Origin: a virus
Virus record (IMG/VR): IMGVR_UViG_3300044591_002613
DNA length: 64,000 nucleotides
Direction: 5' to 3' (one strand)
This document shows, one piece after another, positions 27,887 to 34,150 of the stretch. Both the position numbers and the translations under genes were made by a program. The notes under the pieces were generated by a model. It made no database searches, was not told the origin of the DNA, and saw only the letters and a list, made by a program, of their open reading frames with translations. Within the stretch, counting starts at the first letter, position 1. Each line of letters begins with the position of its first letter.

Positions 27887-28144
27887 TCAATTCACCCATT
27901 CAATATCAAATGAATCTACTCCGTACCAGCTATACAATTCATTCAAATACTCAACGGCAACTTGTTCGTTGAACAGCTTGTCGTGTTTTTCGTCTTGTTC
28001 GATAAATATGCGTTCTTTTGGGAGTTGATGATATATTTCCAAATCTCTCTGCCAACCCCCATAATTGAATTCACCGCTATGATAGACGTAATCTTCTTGT
28101 TTGGGCTTGCACCAAACAATGTTATAGAAGCGAACTACAAGCAT
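27887..28144 (-). CDS. Small acidic protein, family B
   Basis: MLVVRFYNIVW..LPKE..FDIEWVN. Confidence 0.75.
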   Translation of the reverse strand: MLVVRFYNIVWCKPKQEDYVYHSGEFNYGGWQRDLEIYHQLPKERIFIEQDEKHDKLFNEQVAVEYLNELYSWYGVDSFDIEWVN

Positions 28145-28154
28145 AGACTCTCCG

Positions 28155-28367
28155 TTAGTCTACCCATTCAACGTCAACAGATTCAACGCCACACCAGTTG
28201 TACATTTCAAGGAATGAGATGGCCATTTTTGCATCAAATTGGTTTTTGTGTTCTGGTTCAATAAACAAATCCAAAACCACCTCTTTAGGTAGTTGGTCGT
28301 ATGCGGTTAAGTCTTGTTGTTCTGGTAATCGCCAGACGATGTTATAGAATCTTACTAAATAGTGCAT
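28155..28367 (-). CDS. Small acidic protein, family B
   Basis: LVRFYNIVW..LPKEVV..VDVEWVD. Confidence 0.75.
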   Translation of the reverse strand: MHYLVRFYNIVWRLPEQQDLTAYDQLPKEVVLDLFIEPEHKNQFDAKMAISFLEMYNWCGVESVDVEWVD

Positions 28368-28375
28368 AGACCCCC

Positions 28376-28591
28376 CTAGTCCACCCATTCGATATCTGCT
28401 TTATCAACACACCAATTAAATTTATAAGACAAGGCATCAAGCCAAGAATCAAGGTCGTTCATTTCTTTTTCATCAAATTTTGCATCAAACTCCATGACGT
28501 GTTCATTGGGAAGATCATTTGGGCGGCTGCCTTCCTCAGAACAATCTGGACAGCCATAATCCCATTGAATGTTATAAAAACGAACTATCAT
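28376..28591 (-). CDS. Small acidic protein, family B
   Basis: MIVRFYNIQW..LPNE..ADIEWVD. Confidence 0.75.
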   Translation of the reverse strand: MIVRFYNIQWDYGCPDCSEEGSRPNDLPNEHVMEFDAKFDEKEMNDLDSWLDALSYKFNWCVDKADIEWVD

Positions 28592-28833
28592 TTTTTGGAC
28601 TCGTCATCTTGCGGGACATCGGGAACGCGTGACCACACTCCTCGTTTGAACATCCATAAAGTATTGTCATCACACAATACTAAGTCTGCTTCCTCGCAAG
28701 AGGCTATTTGTACAATCTGGCGTTTCTTTTTGGTAACAAGAGGCAATATTATTAGATTAATAGTAAACCAAATACAAAAAACAATTATAAATATACAGCC
28801 CGTGATCGGCAGAAGCATTCTGGCAATTTCCAT
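28588..28833 (-). CDS. Small membrane protein
   Basis: N-terminal TM; LCDDNTLW..W..VPDVPQ. Confidence 0.6.
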   Translation of the reverse strand: MEIARMLLPITGCIFIIVFCIWFTINLIILPLVTKKKRQIVQIASCEEADLVLCDDNTLWMFKRGVWSRVPDVPQDDESKK

Positions 28834-28845
28834 AAGACCCTCTCG

Positions 28846-29055
28846 TTAATCTACCCATTCGACATCGACTGATTTAACCAAATAGCCATAGATCTCGGAA
28901 AGAACCTCTGGGGCATCTTCGGCATCAAACTCAATGCCCTCTGCCCACTCCCCCACAACAGATTTAGGAAGTTCGTCACGGGGCCGTATGTAATCCACAT
29001 AGTCAAACGACTCGTCAACATCCCCCCATACAATGTTGTAGAAGCGGACTATCAT
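28846..29055 (-). CDS. Small acidic protein, family B
   Basis: MIVRFYNIVW..LPKS..VDVEWVD. Confidence 0.75.
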   Translation of the reverse strand: MIVRFYNIVWGDVDESFDYVDYIRPRDELPKSVVGEWAEGIEFDAEDAPEVLSEIYGYLVKSVDVEWVD

Positions 29056-29067
29056 ATCCACCCCCCC

Positions 29068-29319
29068 TTAGCTGATCCACTCCACCTTTACGCTCTTAAC
29101 ATAAAAGCCATATATTTCTGACAGGTGTTCTGGGGCACTTTCTACATCGTATTCTGTGTGATAGTCGTCATCAAGTTCAAAAATAGTTTCTTTGGGCAAG
29201 GCTTCAAAATCATCGCAGGCTTGATAATACTCCACCCATTCATCATGAGTGCTTTGGTAAATATAATCATATTTAGTTGGATTGATCCATTCGATATCAT
29301 AAAACCTAACTGTCAACAT
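29068..29319 (-). CDS. Small acidic protein, family B
   Basis: MLTVRFYDIEW..LPKE..VKVEWIS. Confidence 0.75.
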   Translation of the reverse strand: MLTVRFYDIEWINPTKYDYIYQSTHDEWVEYYQACDDFEALPKETIFELDDDYHTEYDVESAPEHLSEIYGFYVKSVKVEWIS

Positions 29320-29336
29320 AATACAGACCTCCCGTA

Positions 29337-29630
29337 TCAGCCCACCCTCTTACCAGCACGGCTCTCGAGGTACACGGTGTTATCAGCAATAACCATTTTC
29401 TCCATGATGGCCAATCCAAGAACACCCGAAACTGATATTCCGTCAGCGGCTAATTTAGCTAGTGAAGTAGAACCCAAATACTCATTGCCAGCCCCATGAG
29501 TCTTGGGATTAAATTCACCAACCAATTCAAAATTACAATCAACAACAAGCCAGCAAGTATCAGGGCGACCAACCAACAAGAGCTTATTACCATTGCTCAA
29601 CTTAACCATTCCAATTCCACGGTCAATCAT
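29337..29630 (-). CDS. Hypothetical protein
   Basis: First ORF after promoter 29677. Confidence 0.6.
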   Translation of the reverse strand: MIDRGIGMVKLSNGNKLLLVGRPDTCWLVVDCNFELVGEFNPKTHGAGNEYLGSTSLAKLAADGISVSGVLGLAIMEKMVIADNTVYLESRAGKRVG

Positions 29631-29676
29631 AATGGCCCCCTTGTTTTATTCCTTAAAGGAAACATTTCCTTCCCTA

Positions 29677-29706
29677 TCCTTATCGACCAAAACAAATCTA
29701 ACTTTA
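29677..29706 (-). promoter_or_regulatory. sigma28-type promoter repeat 18
   Basis: TAAAGTTA-GATTTGTTTTG-GTCGATAA; A/T-rich upstream. Confidence 0.75.
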
Positions 29707-29769
29707 ACTAAAAAAACGAACAAATAAATCATTTTAATAAATAAAACAATAAAATGTCTATAGGGGAAA

Positions 29770-30069
29770 ACAATTGGTTAAGACCTAGCCAATCTGTGGG
29801 ATGTATAGATCGTTAATGGGCATATGGTAGTAACGGAATCACCTTTATATCTTTAAGGGGTTCATGCCTATAAGACGACCAACGAAGAGTGGTTACAAGC
29901 CACAGGACTTCGCTATACCAAGGATCTATATATAAGGAAATTTCTAGATTGCTTTAGCAATCAATTCTTAGGGAGTAACTTCTAGCCTAAACGCCCAGAA
30001 GTAGCTTCAAACTCAGGGCGATCTTGACCACTCCCAAGACGCTACTAGCTTAAAGATCTTCTTTTTTTT
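29770..30069 (+). ncRNA. Candidate structured ncRNA
   Basis: No ORF; at least seven nested or adjacent stems; ends in T8 tract; strand inferred only from the T tract. Confidence 0.4.
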
Positions 30070-30085
30070 GTGTCGAAAATAACCC

Positions 30086-30115
30086 TAAAGTTAGATTTAA
30101 TAGTGCCGATAAGTA
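30086..30115 (+). promoter_or_regulatory. sigma28-type promoter repeat 19
   Basis: TAAAGTTA-GATTTAATAGT-GCCGATAA (perfect -10). Confidence 0.85.
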
Positions 30116-30136
30116 TAGGGAGGGAGGAAATAAGCC

Positions 30137-30367
30137 ATGAATAACAGCTTAATAGACAGCTTTTTAGCAGCGATCAATACGGTATCTTACCATAATGCAG
30201 CAGAAGGCAAAAGCTATACAGAGGAAACAACCGCTAGAAATAAAGCCAAGGTGCAACTTCAAGAGCTAAAGCGGCAAATGGTAGAACAATACGGTGTAAA
30301 GGAGACGCTGAGAATAGCTAGTAGTAAGCCACATCTTGCATTTGCCGAGTTGTGTGACCTAGAATAA
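30137..30367 (+). CDS. Hypothetical protein
   Basis: GGAGG RBS behind sigma28 promoter 30086. Confidence 0.7.
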   Translation: MNNSLIDSFLAAINTVSYHNAAEGKSYTEETTARNKAKVQLQELKRQMVEQYGVKETLRIASSKPHLAFAELCDLE

Positions 30368-30392
30368 TTTTTCCCTATAGGAGATTTTTACT

Positions 30393-30494
30393 ATGGAAGA
30401 AGTTTACGACGAACTAGAAGATATTCCTGTATGGGGTGACGGTGTTACTATCCATGATTTATACGACTTTGTAGATTTCGAGTGGGAAGATTAA
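30393..30494 (+). CDS. 33-aa extremely acidic peptide
   Basis: AGGAG RBS; MEEVYDELEDIPVWGDGVTIHDLYDFVDFEWED; followed by terminator. Confidence 0.6.
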   Translation: MEEVYDELEDIPVWGDGVTIHDLYDFVDFEWED

Positions 30495-30556
30495 TCCCAC
30501 TATTCCCCTTTTAGAACTGGGGGCATGGAAATAAGTTCTATACTCCCCTGTTAGTA

Positions 30557-30593
30557 GACATCCCCTAGTTGCTGGGGGGTGTCATTTCTTTTT
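30557..30593 (+). terminator. Rho-independent terminator
   Basis: GACATCCCCTAG/CTGGGGGGTGTC stem then T-rich tail. Confidence 0.75.
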
Positions 30594-30716
30594 ATATATA
30601 GGAAAAAGTCTGTTTAGTTGGTTGATTAGATTAGGCATCTAGAGTTGATACTAGGTTTAGACGTCTTTTTTGTTGACTATAGGGAGACATCTTGTGGTTG
30701 GTTGACCAGATTTTGT

Positions 30717-30732
30717 TGGCATAAAGATTGCT
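30717..30732 (+). promoter_or_regulatory. sigma54 -24/-12 box
   Basis: TGGCAT-AAAGA-TTGCT. Confidence 0.65.
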
Positions 30733-30782
30733 ATAGGGAAATTTCTGTACAGGGGAAAATCTACTATAGGGGAAAATTGGGC

Positions 30783-30830
30783 TGGCACGGTACTTGCTAG
30801 GATTTAATGTTTTTGGAAATGCTCCGATAC
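30783..30830 (+). promoter_or_regulatory. Composite sigma54 + sigma28 promoter
   Basis: TGGCAC-GGTAC-TTGCT-N5-TTAATGTT-N11-TCCGATAC. Confidence 0.75.
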
Positions 30831-30876
30831 CTTTAATGTAGGAAATATATCCTACTACAAAAAACGGGGTGCTATT

Positions 30877-31278
30877 ATGTTTAGCAAGAAAAATACCGAC
30901 CACGTTGATACAGTTATGGCTGCAATCATGCTTGCTTTTGCTGGCAAGACTGTCCACAATGCAGAACTTAAAGCCTTCCTGACCACCACATTGCCTGAAC
31001 TATTTCCATCGGGTCGTGCTGATGGCTGCATTGAGTTCCTGTCCAATGTTGATTTTAGCTCCACAATGTCCAAGAAGTCGGGCGCTGCAGGAGTCGCTTT
31101 CCTTGAGGGCATTAAAGATGGTGGCAAACGCTACTGGAAAGTTCCAGAATCGCTCGACAATGTAGTTGCCAAGAGCGACTGCACAGAGCTTTCTGCTCCT
31201 ATTCCAACCAAGAAGCGGGTAAATATCCGCTTTGGAGAATATGTTGCTCGCCAAAAAGAGGAGGCTATTGGGGAATAA
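30877..31278 (+). CDS. Putative winged-helix protein, family A
   Basis: Close paralog of 32690-33091; behind composite sigma54/sigma28 promoter. Confidence 0.75.
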   Translation: MFSKKNTDHVDTVMAAIMLAFAGKTVHNAELKAFLTTTLPELFPSGRADGCIEFLSNVDFSSTMSKKSGAAGVAFLEGIKDGGKRYWKVPESLDNVVAKSDCTELSAPIPTKKRVNIRFGEYVARQKEEAIGE

Positions 31279-31295
31279 TAGATTCCCCCTATAAA

Positions 31296-31350
31296 AATAT
31301 CTTATGGGCTGCCAAGAACGGTAGCCTGTAAGATATTCCTTTACGTTTTT
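31296..31350 (+). terminator. Terminator-like hairpin
   Basis: AATATCTTATGGGCTGCC/GGTAGCCTGTAAGATATT stem. Confidence 0.65.
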
Positions 31351-31417
31351 ATTGTAGACGTCTGGTGGAATTGTGACAAGATGGTCCGGCTTATCGCCTA
31401 GACGTCTATAGGGAAAT

Positions 31418-31452
31418 AAAAAAAAGACCCGGAGTTGTTACTCCGAAGTCTT
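31418..31452 (-). terminator. Rho-independent terminator
   Basis: AAGAC..GGAG/CTCC..GTCTT stem next to an A8 run, at the stop of the 31438 gene. Confidence 0.6.
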
Positions 31453-31668
31453 GTCTCCCCTAGGAGGGGGTGGGGGTGTAGGATTCTTACGTTGTATCTT
31501 AAAAGACTCCATTACTCTTTTGTTGTGGGCGGCTCTATCAAATTTGTTGTCAATAGGTTGCGTAGTCTGTACAAGATTTTGCTGTGGTTGGTTGTCAAAT
31601 CTAAGTTCTTCTTTAGGCTCAGTTTTCTTTTTGCGATACTCGTTAAGGTCAATAACATTGTTAGCCAT
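31438..31668 (-). CDS. Small protein with NVIDLxxYRK N-terminus and poly-Pro tail
   Basis: GGAGG RBS; MANNVIDLNEYRKKK...PTPPPPPRG. Confidence 0.7.
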   Translation of the reverse strand: MANNVIDLNEYRKKKTEPKEELRFDNQPQQNLVQTTQPIDNKFDRAAHNKRVMESFKIQRKNPTPPPPPRGDKTSE

Positions 31669-31699
31669 ACTGCTTCCTCCCTTGTTTTGTCCATTATAT

Positions 31700-31747
31700 A
31701 TATCGGAACAATTAAAATAAACTAAAATGTAAGCAAATAGCGTGCCA
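31700..31747 (-). promoter_or_regulatory. Composite sigma54 + sigma28 promoter
   Basis: TGGCAC-GCTAT-TTGCT-N5-TTTAGTTT-N11-TCCGATAT. Confidence 0.75.
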
Positions 31748-31938
31748 AATATTTTTGTGTCCAGACGTCCGTCCAAGATTCGCCTAGGAAATTTTGCTTA
31801 TTGGGGTACCAACCAACCAAAAACTATAAACAGATCCCTATAAAAATTAACCAGAAAGGTATTTAATTTAGTTGGTTGTTACAGTATGTTACACACCCCC
31901 TCTCCTTGGGGGGTGGGGCTAGACGTCTGCACAATTGG

Positions 31939-31954
31939 TGGTATAAATCTTGCT
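31939..31954 (+). promoter_or_regulatory. sigma54-like box
   Basis: TGGTAT-AAATC-TTGCT. Confidence 0.5.
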
Positions 31955-31988
31955 TATATTAAGGCGAGGCGTCTGACAAGACCAGACA

Positions 31989-32136
31989 AGATTTGTGACT
32001 AGCCCAAATTAACTGGCCAACCAACCAATAAACTGGCTAGCCAGCCAACGCAGACGACCTTGGCACAAAGATTGCTATAGCAAAAACCATGCCAACAGAT
32101 TTGTGACTCGCAAAAATTAACTGGCCAGCCGACCAA
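31989..32136. repeat. 40-bp direct repeat (31989-32028, 32097-32136; 35/40 identical) flanking an inverted pair of sigma54 boxes
   Basis: AGATTTGTGACT-N5-AAATTAACTGGCCA.CC.ACCAA twice. Confidence 0.85.
32061..32094. promoter_or_regulatory. Face-to-face pair of sigma54 boxes
   Basis: TGGCAC-AAAGA-TTGCT-AT-AGCAA-AAACC-ATGCCA. Confidence 0.7.
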
Positions 32137-32159
32137 AACGTGGGCAAAAATAGAGGAGG

Positions 32160-32336
32160 TTACTCCTCCTCGGTTTCCTCCAACACTTCGACCTTACAAA
32201 ATTCGCTTGTCGGGGTATCGTGGTGTATCCGTAGGGTGGTGCCCCCACGGGAAAATTTAATTAACATTGCCCCCGTATCGGGGCACTCGTCGATTGTTGC
32301 ATTTTCGGTTATAAAAATTGGAATAAACTCGTCCAT
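32160..32336 (-). CDS. Small acidic protein
   Basis: GGAGG RBS before MDEFIPIF; hairpin at stop. Confidence 0.6.
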   Translation of the reverse strand: MDEFIPIFITENATIDECPDTGAMLIKFSRGGTTLRIHHDTPTSEFCKVEVLEETEEE

Positions 32337-32355
32337 ATCCACCTCCCGTGGGGGC

Positions 32356-32577
32356 TTAGTGCCCCAGGAAATTTTGCATTTTTGTGTCGATTTCGAAACC
32401 CTGCTCCACCGACCCGGGGCCTGCGTGGAGGATTTCGACGACGTTACCCGTATCGTCGGTACCAAGGATAAGCTCCTCCCCCGTGGGGGCATGGATGTGG
32501 ATAACACTCCTCCCGTGGGCACCCTGTGCAACGGAAATTTGGCACTGTTCCAAAATTTCGAGCAAGCTGTTAACCAT
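32356..32577 (-). CDS. Small acidic protein
   Basis: AGGAGG RBS behind composite promoter. Confidence 0.7.
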   Translation of the reverse strand: MVNSLLEILEQCQISVAQGAHGRSVIHIHAPTGEELILGTDDTGNVVEILHAGPGSVEQGFEIDTKMQNFLGH

Positions 32578-32620
32578 AGCATCCTCCTGTAGGGGGGAAC
32601 TACCCGCCCCCCTGTATTTA

Positions 32621-32668
32621 GTATCGGAACATCCACGGAAAACTTAAACACTAGCAAGTACCGTGCCA
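32621..32668 (-). promoter_or_regulatory. Composite sigma54 + sigma28 promoter
   Basis: TGGCAC-GGTAC-TTGCT-N5-TTAAGTTT-N11-TCCGATAC. Confidence 0.8.
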
Positions 32669-32689
32669 GCCCCCCGGAGGGGGAGGGCC

Positions 32690-33091
32690 TTAGCCCTCGT
32701 CCGCTACCTTGCCCTTAGCCACATACTCGCCAAACCGGATGCAACGGCGGGCCTTGGTGGGGAGGGGGGCTTGCATTGCATCCACATCGGCCATGTGCTT
32801 AGCGTCGGCTGCCGTGGTGGTGGGGACTCGCCAAAAACGCTTGCCACCGTCCTTAATCCCTTCGAGCAGGGCGATGCCCCGGGGGCCGGCCTTGGTGTAG
32901 CAGGATGCAAAGTCCACGGATGCGAGGAACTCGATAGCCGCATCGGCCCGTCCCCCCGGGAACAGCTCGGGAAGTCCCTGTACCAGGGCCTCCTTTAGGG
33001 CGGCATTGTGGACAACGTTTCCGCCGAATTTTTCGACAATGTAAGCTGCAACGACTTCGATGTTTTCGCGCCAAGCTGCTTGTTTTGCCAT
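32690..33091 (-). CDS. Putative winged-helix protein, family A (GC-rich copy)
   Basis: Paralog of 30877-31278; start MAKQAAW after GGGGG RBS. Confidence 0.75.
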   Translation of the reverse strand: MAKQAAWRENIEVVAAYIVEKFGGNVVHNAALKEALVQGLPELFPGGRADAAIEFLASVDFASCYTKAGPRGIALLEGIKDGGKRFWRVPTTTAADAKHMADVDAMQAPLPTKARRCIRFGEYVAKGKVADEG

Positions 33092-33135
33092 GGTAGCCCC
33101 CTGTTGTTTTGTGGGACACATTTCCCACATTATTA

Positions 33136-33183
33136 GTATCGGAACAAAACCCAAAACCTTAAATCCTAGCAGGAAGCGTGCCA
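33136..33183 (-). promoter_or_regulatory. Composite sigma54 + sigma28 promoter
   Basis: TGGCAC-GCTTC-CTGCT-N5-TTAAGGTT-N11-TCCGATAC. Confidence 0.75.
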
Positions 33184-33243
33184 ACACACACGCGCTTGCA
33201 TGTTTGCCGCGCTTGCTTGCTTGCTGCATTTCCCACATTATTA

Positions 33244-33291
33244 ATATCGGCACTCGCGCAAAAATATAAAATTTAAGCAAGCTCCGTGCCA
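33244..33291 (-). promoter_or_regulatory. Composite sigma54 + sigma28 promoter
   Basis: TGGCAC-GGAGC-TTGCT-N5-TTTATATT-N11-GCCGATAT. Confidence 0.7.
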
Positions 33292-33319
33292 AGCCTGTTA
33301 GTCGGCCAGCCAGCCAACA

Positions 33320-33470
33320 GGGTGTGTCGAATTTTTATACAGGGATGCCCAAATCGTGGACAGTGTGTCGAATGTTTAAACAGTGTATAAAAAGTTTACA
33401 ACTGTACAAAAAATATACAGTGTCCAAACCTTAAACAGTGTAAAAAAGTTATACAGTGCAAAACTTTTAG
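33320..33470. repeat. Iterated ACAGTG/TGTGTCGAAT motifs
   Basis: ACAGTG at 33360, 33380, 33417, 33435, 33453; TGTGTCGAAT twice. Confidence 0.7.
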
Positions 33471-33571
33471 TCAGTAGCGGGGGCTGGGTAATCGGTATAT
33501 ATAGTTTTCAAAGAGCAAGGGGCAGGATATTACCCCTCAAGTATTTGCCAAAATTACATCAAACGCAATAT

Positions 33572-34150
33572 TTAAAAAAGAGTTCGGACGTTAAACGAAA
33601 CGGTTGTTCGCTCGTTTTGCACCATAGGTACATAATGTCCAAGGGATGACGGAAATAAAAGAATACTTCCTTCTGCTGCGTAGTCGGTTCTGTGTAGTTC
33701 GTTTTCATAAAAACCGTTTGTTAAAACAAATGTAGTTGGATTGTTTTCGGTAGATTCTAATACATATAATCCGCTTATTCCGGTTGATAAACCGTGTGAA
33801 TGAAAGTCTGCACAATCGCCATGATTATAAACATTCCACCAGATATTTTGTATTTTAGTTTTCACCTGCTTTTGGCTCAGCACGGGATGGGAAGTAATGA
33901 GCTCGTCTATTGCTTTATAAATAACTTGGTCGCAAAAATTTGCATCAAAAAATACATTATTGTCAATGTGGTAACTTGTTTTCATATTCGACACCGTAAC
34001 TGCCGACCAGTTGTATTTAGCATCGCTTTGGTGCTGTTTGTAAAAATCTTTTATTTGAGGCAGATAACGCTGTTTTATTTCATTATGATTTGGCAGTCGA
34101 TAATGAAAAACATATGGTGGGGTAAATTGGAATAAGTTTCCCATCATCAT
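33572..34150 (-). CDS. 2OG-Fe(II) oxygenase (TIGR02466-like), paralog of 16954
   Basis: FQFTPP, WWNVY..GD...HSH, ISGLY, LFPSSLGH, RTTVSFN. Confidence 0.85.
   Translation of the reverse strand: MMMGNLFQFTPPYVFHYRLPNHNEIKQRYLPQIKDFYKQHQSDAKYNWSAVTVSNMKTSYHIDNNVFFDANFCDQVIYKAIDELITSHPVLSQKQVKTKIQNIWWNVYNHGDCADFHSHGLSTGISGLYVLESTENNPTTFVLTNGFYENELHRTDYAAEGSILLFPSSLGHYVPMVQNERTTVSFNVRTLF

Noticed and set aside
6117-30115. 30-bp repeats as a CRISPR array
   Set aside because: Intervals are hundreds to thousands of bp and contain whole genes; repeat centre is variable; no cas genes seen
6117-30115. Repeats as integron attC sites
   Set aside because: They contain GTTAG but are not palindromic, no integrase is in the window, and the two-box 11-bp spacing fits a promoter better
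33092-33292. N-terminal extension of the 32690 ORF with repeated PILIMWEM
   Set aside because: It is the translation of the duplicated promoter; paralog 30877 aligns only from MAKQ
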